Shown: positions 24,761 to 37,804, counted from the first letter of the whole stretch. The stretch is DNA of 57,690 nt, filler included, from Sphacelaria rigidula (GCA_964200075.2; 9 parts of 9 records of this genome joined end to end with filler, not necessarily neighbours in it), one strand, 5' to 3'. Translations and numbers: made by a program. Notes: generated by a model from the letters alone, not told the origin.

Positions 24761-25489
24761 TATGTGTTTGCGTTGCTACTTTTTCGTTTGCCGTTGTACG
24801 TTATGCATGGTTGTAGCTTTTTGACGTTGTTTCATCATGTCCAACTCATCTTTCGCTTCTTCGCTTACTCTGCGTTCGTTTGATTGACTTCCCCCTCCTC
24901 CTCCTCCTCCTCCTCCTCCTCTTTCTCTGAAGGGAACCTTTGAGAATAGTGAGGTCTTTTTGTTGTGTCGTGCTTGTGTGCTTTTTGCACTGTGTGCTGT
25001 ACCTTCCTCGTCTTCCACTCCCAGTTTTGCACTCAGTTTGGTGACGGTTCACGCTTCCCTTTGGTTTGGCTCTCCCATGAAGTAAGGCACGCTGTTTCTT
25101 TTGACTTCGTCTGCATCTATCACCCCTGACCCTTCGAGAGCACGTTTTGATTATTTGTGCAGAGTGGCTGACCTTACCGCTGAAAGCCCCGCGAGGTTTT
25201 AGGTAGGAAAGATGACGAGAAGTCAGAGAGAGAGTAGGCACCGGCGCTCGGCAAGTAGACTTGAAGCAGCATTGCAGTACGGTGATCGACAACGATATGC
25301 AATGGTCTGTGAGAACATTCCGGGCATTATGATGCTCTGTGTGTGCTGAGTGTGCTGCCCCGTCAGTGTCGCCCGCAGCCTTTTCACCTGCTGTCTCTGC
25401 AAGGGATGGTTGGTATCGATGGATGGCTTTTTGCGGTTATGTAGTGCCATATTGCCGTTGCATTTTTTCTCTCTGCCAACACGAGCTAT

Positions 25490-25527
<38 letters not shown>

Positions 25528-25823
25528 CGTCTCCCTCCCCCCCCCCGCCCCCTTTCCCCCATTTATCTTTTCTTACGATTTTCCCCNNNNNNNNNNNNNN
25601 NNNNNNNNNNNNNNNNNNNNNNNNNNNNNNTTAATTAATTAANNNNNNNNNNNNNNNNNNNNNNNNNNNNNNNNNNNNNNNNNNNNAAACCCGGCGTGCT
25701 CCGTCCCGGCTTTGTAGGGATGCGAGGTCAGTGGTCTCGTGACTATAGCGTGCATGATCATGAATACATCCCCCCTTCTTCCCCTTTGCTGCGCTGTAGC
25801 CTCCCACTGGTTTTGGTGCCGTG

Positions 25824-26034
25824 TGTAGTGCGTGAGAGGACCGCGTGCTTAGAGGACCGCGCCGCAGTTCAAAATACCTCATAATCAATGTTTTTCGAAA
25901 CCAATCGGGTCAGCCCCTGCAGGTACCACGCCCCTGACCCTAAGCCCAACACTAACACTAACACTAAAAGTAACTATAGGGGTGTTCGAATTCCGATGCG
26001 GTCCTCTAAGCACGCGGCCCTCTCACGCATTCCA
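25824..26034. mobile_element. TGT..ACA-family MITE with internal telomere-like repeats, 5-bp TSD CCGTG
   Basis: About 37-bp TIR TGTARTGCGTGAGAGGACCGCGTGCTTAGAGGACCGC. TSD at 25819-25823 and 26035-26039. Confidence 0.9.
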
Positions 26035-26193
26035 CCGTGTCCCTTTGTGCTGAGTTCGCCTTCTTGGTGATTGCGTTTCTTGTAGCCGTCGTCAACTTTC
26101 TCGTCGCTTTCGTATTTATGTCCGTGTCTCCTGAGCATTCACTGCTTTCTCACGTCTTTGATGGTTTTTACGCGATGAGAGGACTGTAGATCT

Positions 26194-26398
26194 TGTAATG
26201 CGTGAGAGGACCGCGTGCTTGGAGGACCGCCTCGGCATTTGAACACCTCTATGGTTAGGGTTAGGGCTAGTGTTGGGGTTAGGTTCAGGGGCGTGTTACC
26301 TGCAGGGACTGACCCGATTGGTTTTGCAAAACGTCGATCCTGAGGCATTTTGAACTACGGCGCGGTCCTCTAAGCACGCGGTCCTCTCACGCATTACA
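26194..26398. mobile_element. TGT..ACA MITE, 5-bp TSD GATCT
   Basis: Same TIRs, with internal GGTTAGGGTTAGGG. Confidence 0.92.
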
Positions 26399-26871
26399 GA
26401 TCTAGTCCAACCTCCCACATGTTTGGAAGTTCGATTACTCGTTCTCTGGATGTGTTCTGTTGTTGTCACTGCTCAACCCCCTACCTTCAGCCAGGAGAGC
26501 TCGCCGCACGGGAGTACTCCTTTACATCGTCTTGTTGCACGGGTCCTTGGTTACACCGTGTACTGCTAATTATACCGTCCTGGTTGTAGGCCGTATTTAT
26601 GTCTGACGACTGTTTTAGGTCGAGGTGAGTTATTGCATTTCGACAATTCATCTGGATGTGTTCGTTTTTTGTTCTACTCCTATCTCGTGGCGCAGCCTGT
26701 TCAGTTGGCGACACGAGTGTGTTCTCTTGTGTCGTTCCGTTATCCGTGGTCCAGTGTTCCCCTGGGAATGATAAATTGCACCGCCCTTGCTGTAGGCCGT
26801 ATTTCCACCGGACGATCGCTTCGATTTGGGTGTTGCGTCCTGACGAATTGTTTGTTTAAGGGTAATGCTTT

Positions 26872-28180
26872 GTCCAAGTCGCAACTTGGACATAGGTTAC
26901 GTCCAAGTCGCGACTTGGAAATAGTTGTGTCCACCACCAGCTGCGATTTGACTATCCGTCCGCGTTCGTCTCATGTGCCTTGCATCGACACTACAGTACC
27001 TGCAACACACTCAAATAGTTCGTGGCCATCGTTCAAGCCATCGCACGGTGCCAACGGCCTCGTGGTGAGAGAGAAACGCGCCTGCTGCATAGGGCCAAGA
27101 TATACCGCGGCCCGACTGGTGGTGGACATAAGCTATGTCCAAGTCGCAAGGACATAGCTCATGTCCATCACCGCCGATTGGAATACCTGTCCGCGCTCGC
27201 CCCATGTGCCTTGTACCGACATCACAGCACCTGCAATACACTCACACAGTTCGTAGTCATCATTCAAGCCATCGCACGGTGCACATGGCCTCGCAGTGGA
27301 CGAGAAACGCGCCTGCTACACAGTGCCAAGAAATACCGCAGCCCGACTGGAGGTGGGCATAAGCTATGTCCAAGTCGCGACTTGGACATGAGTTATGTCC
27401 ATCACCAGCGATTGGAATATCTGTCCCCGCTCGTCTCTTGTGCCTTGTATCGACATCACAGCCCCTGCAATATACTCACACAGTCCGTGGCCATCATTCA
27501 AGCCATCGCACGGTTCCAACGGCCTCGTAGCGAGAGAGAAATGCGCCTGCTGTACAGTGCCAAAGAATGCCGCCGTCGGACTGGAGGTGGACATGAGCTA
27601 TATCCAAGTCGCGGTTTGGACATAGCTTATTATGTCCACCACCGGCGAGTGGAATATCTATCCGCGCTCATTCCATGCGCCTTGTATCGATACCACAGCA
27701 CCTACAATGCACTCACACAGTCCGTGGCCATTGCACGATGCCAACGGCCTCGTGGCGATCGAGAAATGCCCCTGCTGCATAGTGCCAACAATTACCGCCT
27801 CCCCACTGGAGGTGGATACAAGCTATGTCCAAGTTGCGATTTGGACATAAGTGTTGCCCATCACCAGTGATTGGAATACCTGTCCGCGCTCGTCCCATGT
27901 GACCTCCATTGACCCTACAGCACCTGAAATACACTCACACCGTCCGTGACCATCATTCACGCCATCGCACGGTGCAAACAGCCTCGTAGCAAGCGAGAAA
28001 CGCGCCTGCTGCATAGTGCCAAAAATACCGCCGTCCGACTGGAGGTGGACACAAGCTATGTCCACCGCTAGCGATTGGAATTCCTATCCGCGTTCGTCCC
28101 ATGTGCTTTGTATCGACCCTACAGCACCTGCAATACACTCACACAGTCCGTAGTCATCGTTCAAACCATCGCACGGTGAA
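26872..28180. repeat. Satellite, ~231-bp unit x ~5.5, each unit carrying the palindrome GTCCAAGTCGCGACTTGGAC or a variant
   Basis: Unit starts at about 26901, 27137, 27368, 27602, 27827 and 28060. Inverted copies lie at about 28790-28975 and 29187-29402. Confidence 0.9.
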
Positions 28181-28975
28181 AGTGATAGTTCACATGGCCC
28201 CGTAGTTGGCAGCGGACGTGGCTAACCCGTTTGTATACTGAAAATCCGACCGCGGGTAACTGGGACGAGTGTGACGTAGGTAACTTGGACATAAGCTATG
28301 TTGACTGGAGGCATGGGAGCACGTAGGCATGTGCTTGCGATTGATAACGGTCGCGTTGGAGATAAAACGCCAACAACAGGTGATTGCCGCCAGTACGTTT
28401 CACCCGCAGTTTTCTACGATGCACTGAGGTTTTTACCAGCGCGATGAGAATGTATCTACAGACAGTGTTCAATAAACTAGAATGTACACGCTGCTCAGCT
28501 GTCTCGTCGTCGCACGTTATTTACGTACGCTGCCAGTATAACCTGAGACTGTTGGGTGTGAAGTGCGGATGACGCGTACCAGCCGCGAAGATGGCTCCAT
28601 AAATCCACCCTTTCTTCGTCTTACCGGCGATGTCCTCGACACAAACCTAGTGGGTCATTTCCCACGGCTGTAAAAGCTGCGAGGAAGAAAGCCAACAATG
28701 TTGCATATCATGTCCCAAACGCTACAGCATCGTGATACTGTTCCCGCGTGCTTTAGCATTGTACCCCACGATGACTTGGACGGTGGCTAAGCAATGTGTG
28801 AGTATATTGAAGCTGCTGTGGTGTCGATACAAGGCACATGGGACGAGCGCGGATAGATATTCCACTCGCTCGAGTTGGACATACAGTAGCTCATGATGTC
28901 CTACTCCAGTCGGGTGGCGGTATTATTGTTTGGCACTGTGTGCAGCAGGCGCGTTTCCCGTCCGTTTCGACGCTG

Positions 28976-29186
28976 TGTAATGCGTGAGAGGATCGCGTGC
29001 TTAGAGGACCGCATCGGGTTTTGAACACCCCTGTGGTTAGGGTTAGGGTTAGTGTTAGTGTTGGGGTTAGGTTTAGGGGCGTGGTACCTCCAGGGACTTA
29101 CCCGATTGGTTTTGAAAAACGTCAATCCTGAGGTATTTTGAACTACGGCGCGGTCCTCTAAGCACGCGGTCTTCTCACGCATTACA
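28976..29186. mobile_element. TGT..ACA MITE, 5-bp TSD CGCTG, inserted in an inverted satellite unit
   Basis: TSD at 28971-28975 and 29187-29191. Confidence 0.92.
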
Positions 29187-29401
29187 CGCTGTTTGCAACG
29201 CACGATAGCTTAAGCGATGGCTACGAACTGTGTGAGTGTATTGAAGATGCTGTGGTGTCGATACAGATCACATGGGACGAGCGCGGACAGGTATTCCAAT
29301 CGCTGGTGATGGACATAACTCATATCCAAGTCGCGACTTGGACATAGCTTATGTCCCTCCAGTCGGGCGGCGGTACTTCTTGGCACTGTGCAGCAGGGGC
29401 G

Positions 29402-29514
29402 TCTTAATAGAAAGCCTCATGCACCGGGTGCATTGTCGCGGGAAGTTGTAGGCCTGCCATGGCCAGTTGAGACCAGGTATCGCTTTTGTCATGAATTCAC
29501 CCATATTTGCCCAC

Positions 29515-29558
<44 letters not shown>

Positions 29559-31690
29559 GCCGAAAACACACCTAACCGAAAACCACAACCGAACACCACT
29601 GAATGAAGTGGGGTTGGCATTCCTGGGGAAAACGCTCATACAAAATGACATGTCATGATCCCATCTCTTCGTCACGCGAAAAGGCGTATGCCCCCAGTAG
29701 ATTTATACTACAAGCACTAGATCGGGTATACCTCAAATAACAGAACTAGTCTCTTATTCGTACTTCCTCTGTATGTCATGATGCAATCTTGATATCAATT
29801 TTCCTCGTACCAGGCAGATCCTGGAGCGTAAGTGTAATCGATTAGCCTCCCTGCTTACGGCTCTAGGACTGATAGTTTATCCTGAATACATCGTGCCTCA
29901 TTCTAAAAACGGCAAAAATCTTTCTTGCTCTTTCGAACATGAATCCAACTATATTACCAAGAACTGAAAAAGAAAACCCGATCCCGTCAGGAAAAAACCT
30001 TTTCAGCCACGCACAGACGTCGCAAACTGGTCTACTTAGGCAATCGAAAGCTCAAATCCTGAATATAATCAGTTCTTCGTAACCTATCCATGCTCCATTT
30101 CAACAATTGTTTGCGTCAGTCAGCACAAATCAAATAGATATTTGTGTTTCAATCTCAATCATCACCAGTTAATGTGATTTTGCCCTCCCGTACTGTACAT
30201 CGCGGTCAGTTGAAGTCCTGACTTTCAATCCATACAGTTTGGAACACAAGTGGTTGTGCACACAAGTCAACATGTCTGTATAACAACATCTCTCGTCGAA
30301 GTCATCTCGAGTCAAAAATGTAAGTTCACCTACCGTAGGTGACGGAAAATAACACCCCCTTCTACAGTCAAGGGGATCATATAATTGTGCAGTTGAGAAA
30401 GAAAAAAAACAAAGTCTCAAAGAGATAAGAACCGAAGTAGAGCACACATAGAATACTCCAAAGTCACACTTGCGCTCCGTCTCACTATAGAGCGATCAGG
30501 GCGTGATGCTGAATGGAAAAGCAAACCAACTCGAGTCGAAGAATTTTTGTAAAACTGGTCCTCGATCGGAACAAAAACACATGACACCGAGATGACACCG
30601 AGATGACACCGAGATGACACCGACTACTGTATCAACTAACCAACTACGGTAGATGACGGAATATAACACGCCTACACGACGAAATATGAAATCACATTCA
30701 TACCCTCGAGGTATACCTGTATAAAAGATACTGCATAGATGGGCAGGGCATAACAGTGATCGAAAAAACAGGGGATAAAAGGAAAGGACAACATATTGCC
30801 AACAAAAAAACAATCCGACTGTACGCCTGCAAAATGAATCTTCAACATGTTACACGTGACCAGATGTCAATTTCGTGTGGCGTTGTATAACACCCCAAGT
30901 TCAATAGAAGAACAAGGACATATGACACTCTAGAAAGCAAGGAAATACACAAATCAACTCGCAAACTAGAATATAATGACTACTAGCTGATAACAAAACA
31001 TTCTTGAAGTCATCCTACTCTTCGATCCTGGTGGTTCTATCAAGATTCAATGTTCAATCGAAGGAAACAAAATAAGGGAAAACGTGCCTTCTTGAGCACT
31101 GCGGCTCGTGTCGAAGTAGAAGCTGGGAAGCTGATGACGTTGTCGTCGTGGACGTGGCTTGTTCATTGGCGTTCGGATGCTAAACTTAGTGACGCGCGTG
31201 TCGAGGGATATTACCGCTGCCGAGCTTGGGTACCGCGTACTGCTCCGGTTAGCTCAAAAATACAAAATAAAGATGAATACATGCCTTCGGGGCTCCTCCG
31301 CCCATCTGGGATAAGAGCTGAGAAGCTTTGATTTTGCTGTCTTTGATGCAGCTGCTCACTGGCGTTTGGATGCTAGTGTTGGTGACGCACGTGTCGGGGG
31401 GTGTTTCCGCTGCCGATCGTCGGTATCGTACTGTCCACTTAGCTCTTGTGGTGCTGCGATGCTGTCCGTTGACGTTGTTGTCCTTCTTGTTGTCTGCGTG
31501 ATGCTCGTTTCGATGCCTCGTTGAAAAACCCGTCTTAACTCTCCTTTTGAATACCTTGGAGATATTTTATGTCATGTTTGGCATTTAAAGAAAACCTTGA
31601 GGTCGCCTGAGCGAAGCGTAGCCTGATCTAAGCCTACGACGTGTAAATCCGTAGCAGTCCGTACATGAGCCCTGACCCAGGTCATGCTAG
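29402..31690 (+). mobile_element. Probable non-autonomous Helitron-like element followed head-to-tail by a second copy (31691-32007)
   Basis: Begins TCTTAATAG and ends with a hairpin (CATGA..CCT..AGGTCATG) plus CTAG. The first ~300 bp, including a (CA)n tract, is directly repeated at 31691-31998. No TIR or TSD. Confidence 0.5.
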
Positions 31691-31801
31691 CATAATAGGA
31701 AGCCTCATGCACCGGGTGCATTGTCGCGGGAAGTTGTAGGCCTGCCATGGCCAGTTGAGACCAGGTATCGTTTTTGTCATTAATTTACTCATATTTGCCC
31801 A

Positions 31802-31855
<54 letters not shown>

Positions 31856-32266
31856 GAAAACACACCTAACCGAAAACCACAACCGAACACCACTGAATAA
31901 AGTGGGGTTGGCATTCCTGGGGAAAAAGCTCATACAAAATGACATGTCATGATCCCATCTCTTCGCCACGCGAAAAGGCGTATGCCCCCAGTAGATTTGT
32001 GCTGCAANNNNNNNNNNNNNNNNNNNNNNNNNNNNNNNNNNNNNNNNNNNNTTAATTAATTAANNNNNNNNNNNNNNNNNNNNNNNNNNNNNNNNNNNNN
32101 NNNNNNNCCGAAATAGTTTTAAGAAGGTCGGGGGGCATGAGGTCGTCCATGTGAAATTCATTGGTCATGACTTTAGGTCAGGGAAAGCACTGTTTTCGAC
32201 TTGAAACTCATTAAAATGTTGAAAGTCAAAAACGAATCCAGGCTGTTACACGATATCCAACACAGA

Positions 32267-33756
32267 CAGGCTGATTCACGGGAAAAAAACAAATTATGTC
32301 ATCAGCAAATGCCTTCTGCAATACGCACCCAGTAATCGCATACATGGTATCATACTGACCGCAATGAACAGACGAAGAGGGTGGCATAGCCGGATTTTTC
32401 TCCAAGACCATAGCGGTGGCGCTATGGACAAAAATGTGTCTCGACCAATTAGCGCCTTTCAAACTGTTCCGAAATTAAAAATACGAATTCCAAGCCTAAT
32501 TTCCACCGAATCTCCACATGCTTAAAATCGCAGTGACCGTCATCACCTCAAGAATCTAACGGGAGAACAGGATTTGAAAACGGTTCCAACGGGGTCGGAT
32601 TATACCCGAAACCATAATGTTTCGGTGATGTGGAGTTTGGCGTGGTCTAATTTCCATTCATGATACACACAGGAAAGACCTAGGGAGCCTCGTGACGATT
32701 TCCCCTGTATCTGTTGTAGAAAAGCTCAGATCATCCTCAAACTTGGTAGTTCCGTAGGTATCGATGCTCCAAATAGAAAAACTGTGTTCTTGGCGAGGGT
32801 TCAAAGTTTCTCCGTTCTCTACCGGCTTCCGGGGGTCTTGGTACAAAGACCCCCGACAGGCGGTACAGAATGATTCAAAAGCAAAAATAATAACATCATG
32901 CGTCCCAGGATGGTCCAAGGAACACATGTACAAATTTTGTTGGAGAAAGTTGAAAATCTCATGCAACTTTTCCTGCCTTGACGTAAAACTCACCCTAAAA
33001 GATGTTTTCATACTCAAACCAAGTAGTTAGGTGTTTGCACGTCTACAGCTCGCATTCTCGCACAAATGCGCAAATCTTCACGCATTCATTGGGACTTGAA
33101 CCCTGAACCTTTGAACAAATGTGCCATGAATCATTACGCTAGTTTTGATCGATGAGGTTTTTCTAATTCTTGCATTTTTTACCGTTTTTCGAGGGTCCGA
33201 CGGGGTCCAAGTCGTTTTTTCGAAGTCATCCATTCTGGGACCCCGGAAAACCGGCACTAGTCTTTTCTTCATTTTTTTCACGAGCCCTCTACCGCCGCAA
33301 AACCCAAGAAAGAGCCCCACAAAGTTTCGTGGCCAAACTCGATCAACTCGTGCTTGAATTTTCATGTTCACGTCGATAAAAGGCCCCAAAACGCCATTTT
33401 CATACTAAAATTCAGTACTTTGCCGTTTAACCGTGGCACGGCAAGGTTCATCGCACAAACGCGAAAAGCTTCACGCCGTTTTAAGGAGTTAGACCCTGAA
33501 ATTTTGCAAAGGTGTGCTATGATTCATTACCTAAGTTTTAGGACGAGGTTTTTTATTTCCTTGTTTTTTACCGTTTGACGGGGGTCCGACTGGATCGAAA
33601 ACGGTGAAAAAAGTCAAGAAGTAAAAAAACCTCATTCATGCAGAGTTGCGTAATGACCCATAGAACAGCTTTGCAAAATTTCAGGGTCTGACTCTTTAAA
33701 GTGGCGTGAAGTTTTGCCGATGAGTGTTTTGGGGGTTTTTTCTGTGAACCAGCCTG
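32267..33756. mobile_element. Tc1/mariner-like non-autonomous element, ~1.5 kb
   Basis: TIR CAGGCTGATTCACGGGAAAAAAAC / GTTTTTTCTGTGAACCAGCCTG followed by TA. It has internal repeated blocks and no transposase ORF. Confidence 0.7.
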
Positions 33757-34927
33757 TACGAGATCTCAGTCCAACACATTTACACATGCCGCGGATACCG
33801 CCCCTGCGCATGTTTCATGTGGAAACGCTGTACCCTCAACTCGAGTCATGGTCTATTTCCTTCACCGGGAGGTTGTTATTGTCTGCGGATAAGCCCAGCA
33901 GGGTAACCCCCTCACCCACCTTAACTCTTCTCTCGCCCGAGGCCTCCTCTACCCCTCAAAACCTCAACGGGCTTGTTCACGCTGAATACCCAGAATCTAT
34001 TGATTGCAACGAGCGAATGTTTTCACCTGCAGATATCCCGACATGCCGCGCATTTCATGGCAGAAACTACCAACCATGCGAACTAGCACACGAATTTTCG
34101 CTCAGATCCACCAGCTGACGTGCCGAGTATCGAGCAATGGACGTTTCATATACCATCATCAATTCGTGACTCGCACGGGATAGGCACCACTGGTGCATGC
34201 CTCTAACCGTAGTGTCTTACATCGGAATCGTATGGCTTTGCATGTCAGACAAAGCCGTTTGCTGGGAAGTGTGAGGTGATCGCTGCACACCCGTGGGGCC
34301 GTTCGAACAGCGAAGAATTAAGGGCTTGAGCGCAGCAGCACTCAAATCGAAGACAATCTATTTGCACAACGATAATGCGTCGGCACGCCGAAGCTCAAAC
34401 GCCAGTCGACGTGCCAGGGTCGAGGCGAGGTTCCTAACTCGAGCTTGTCGTAGCCAGCAACACCGGGAGCCACGCACCCCGTACAGTTATCGATGAGCTT
34501 TCGCAACTACCAACTCCCTCTTTTATCGGAGCATAACAGCTTAGCCAGCCTCACAGCATCGGGAAAAGCTAAATCTCAGTCGCAATGCAAGCACAAAACG
34601 ACCAAAAGTAGAGCATGTTCCTCATTGCCCACGACTTGAAACCAGACATCTCAAGCCCTTCACTCTTCCTCCTATACTGCGACTACGACCGCAAACCACT
34701 GAACGCTTCGTCAGTTCGAAACTGCACGCTACCCCCAGGCATACCAAATTTCTGAGCAACAAGTTGTCCTCGGGTGAGGCCGTCTCCGGTCACTAATCCC
34801 TTCGCCACAACATGGAGTCGTGTGCATCGATGACATCGCCCCTGGATATTTTTTCTAGGCCAGCTAGATACCTCCAGCAGCTGTTTTCCACCAGTGAAAA
34901 CACTGTGGGGACCGTCCTCTCCATCTC

Positions 34928-37804
34928 TCACCTCCGCGCATCTCGTCGATCTCGTCGGCCATGACGGACATCTCCGAATGAGTGAGAGGTAGCCCTCGCT
35001 CCTCCCTCCCTAGCAGATTGCCGCGAGGGCGATCTGGCAACCCGGGAATCACTCCTTTTACCCTCATCAGAACGGGATCTACTTCGTTTGCGAGCGCCGC
35101 CTCTTTCGCTGGTGCTGTCCCTCATCCTCCGTCTCCCGCTTGCGCTGCTACTACTGCTGCGGCTGCTGCGGCTACCGTCGCTGCTGCTACTACTGGACCC
35201 GCTGCTACTGTTTCCATCAGCACTAGCTGACGGGCTTCTCCCCGCTCGCCGTGTAGCCGCCAGACCACCTCGCCTCTCTGAAACTCCGCTTCTCGAGTCA
35301 CACCCATCCCTGCGAGCAGCCCTGCCTCCTGCATATCTCGCATTGCCCCTTGCTCTTGGCGTAGCTACCTCCTGCACCCGATCAGGGCTGCGCTTTTCCC
35401 TAGACCGCCCATCTCGGGATTGACGTTTTTGCGTTCCTCGGGCGTCGTCTCTGCGCCCATGGCGATGCCTATCCGTTGCTTCGTGTTCCTTGCCTGGGCG
35501 ACCATCAGCGCTCCCGCTCCTCGAGCGTATCGCCGAGCGCTTTCTGCTCTTGTCTCTCTCGTTACCTCGCCCCCGCTCCGACCAATGTCCACCGGTATCT
35601 GTGGCGTCGTCGCGGCTGTCCTTCCAGGCTCTTTCATCACCATCGTGAACAGCATCGGTATAGTGGTCGTCCTGTCGGCCGTTTCTTATGCCCGGGCTTC
35701 GGGCTCTACGGCCGCCACTGAAGCCACCGTCGGCGTGGCGAGATTCGTCACCTCGTCTGTCATGAGGCACACCCGTAGTCCGGTTCCTGCTATCTTGTAT
35801 TCTTCCCGCTTCGCCGCGGCTGCTCCGGCTAAAGATGTTGGAGTGGTCGCACCGAACGTTGTTCGAGCGGTGATGGTTATTTCGATCGTTCGAGGCTGCT
35901 GTTTCGGGCGGCGTAATGCGCTGCGCACTGTCTCTGAGAATAGGCGGGGCTGGCGTAGCACGCTCACTCTCCCTTGCCATCTGCTTCCGCTTCTTCTTTT
36001 CGCGTTTTTTTCGCTTCTTTTCTTTCTTGGCGAGCTTCTCCTCCTTCTTCTTGGCTTTCTTCGCCTCGCGGAGACGTTTGCGGTTTGCCGTCGCGCCGCT
36101 GTTCCCAGTCGCCGCCGCTGCCTGTGCCTCCTGTTCTTGCCTTTCCTTCTCGATGTCCACAATCTCGACGAGACTCGCCTCTGCACGCGGACAGCACATA
36201 CGGCAACGCAAGCCCAAGACGCAACTAAGGAGCCAACTTCACCACCACATCACGAGAACGCGAGTGTCCAAGAGAAAGGGGGGGATACACATCCGCTCAG
36301 TACGCGGGTCCTTGTCGGCGTTACCTCTTCTCATGACAGGCTTGCCAGCAATGAAGATAAATTTGAAACGCGCATCCCTCCCTACCCCTTCCCCAATCAA
36401 TGCGGACGGAGCGTTCGCGAAGACTGCCGAAACGTCGTATGTTCGACCAGGGAATTGCCAACAAATTTAACGGGCAACTGTCGACATGCTCTATAGAGCA
36501 TACTCCAAAAGTCTTTGAGTTAATTTCCTGTGGTGCGCTCGTACACCTCTCACCTGTTAGCCCGCCTTCCTTACGTTCGCGTTCCTTTTTCAGTCTCTCC
36601 AACTCCCTTTCCTTGAGAGTCAGGGTCGGGATGTGTTCGTGGTGATTGGCCCTGACGAATACACCGAGGAAGCAGGGCAACGGATACAAAATACGGGGAA
36701 ACAGTATTGATATCCAAATAACGAATAAGAAGCCCTTCGCTCGCTTCTCTCTCTTAACGACTGATGCAACCCCCGGATCTGCTTCTCGAGATCCGTGTCT
36801 GCGCTCTCACCATGCGCCCGTCTGTACTAAAGCGCGGTGCCATGCTCTCGACGCCATGCAAGAAGCGTACAGAAAGTGGCGTCCAAGTAAATGACGGCCG
36901 AAACATTAGTCTGGTGGGAGACGAAGGGGCAAGAAGCGAATCGAAGCCCATGTGCCCTCCTTGGATCACACCCTCCATGACATCCAATACACATCAGGAA
37001 GTTCCCGTCACCATACATCAACACTAAGTCACCACGGTCCGGCAAGATAGCAACAACGCCGAGCGCACGCAAGCTGCTGTATAAGTAGTCAGCGTCTGAA
37101 CTTTTCAATTTGTAATTTCTTCGTAATTGGCGATTTTCTTAGGCTGCTTCACTCACCACCGCTCATCACTCTGGGGATCTGACAATACTAGTACCCGCTC
37201 TTTCATTCCACGAAAAAATATCATCTGTACTCAATATTGAGTGACTTACGGGCCGATCGGTCATCGGGGGTCCTGCCCCTTTTCAGCCCAGATTCTGACT
37301 CTTCGGTATCTTCGACCGATCGAGCCTATTCCGATCGTATCTTGAAGAAACTAGAAGGATTGTTTCTTTGAAATTGTACCTACTCATTGCACTAGAGCCG
37401 AAAAACTGTGTTTCACTGTCAATAACACCTTCCTGATGAACGGGGTATCTATTGGTATCGCCCGACAACACCGAGTAACACTAATTTGGGCACGGTGTTG
37501 TGCGGGCGATGTGTTAAATTCACCAAAATCTACCGACGCCAGCACTTTCGAGTTCTATCGAAGAGTAGTACGCGAGAAAATTCCTAAAACAACCCTGAAG
37601 ACTTATGATGCTGACTACCATACAAAATCCACGACCACAGGGGAACCCAAAACACCGTTCACTCACTGCCCTGCCCCCAGGCCAGACACCCTCTCCGTGT
37701 CCATGCCATCTCGGCCGGCCGTGCCTCCTTTCTCCAACAGCTGCCTCTTTTCAGCATTGCTTAGCTCTGTCTGCTGACTACGTACGACCCTTGGACCGAG
37801 CCCG
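34928..37804 (-). CDS. MMTAG2/C1orf35-like protein with Lys-rich and Arg/Ser-rich tail, partial; exons 37804-37667, 36651-36554, 36180-34928
   Basis: GLGPRVVRSQQTELSNAEKRQLLEKGGTAGRDGMDTERVSGLGA resembles the end of the MMTAG2 conserved region. The junctions CA|G (phase 2) and G|AG (phase 1) join in frame, leading into KKAKKKEEK.. and an RS/RD-rich C-terminus. The 5' exons are not on this contig, and the 3' end could be a stop or a GTGAGA donor. Confidence 0.72.

Noticed and set aside
27022..27870. 282-aa protein-coding gene
   Set aside because: It lies wholly within the satellite and neighbouring units have stops or frameshifts. It is kept only as a finding.
26872..28180. CRISPR-like array (regularly spaced palindromes)
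   Set aside because: The intervening sequences are homologous rather than unique spacers, the period is about 231 bp, there are no cas genes, and the context is eukaryotic.
35420..36496. 358-aa plus-strand ORF
   Set aside because: It is the antisense shadow of the GC-rich, low-complexity minus-strand exon.
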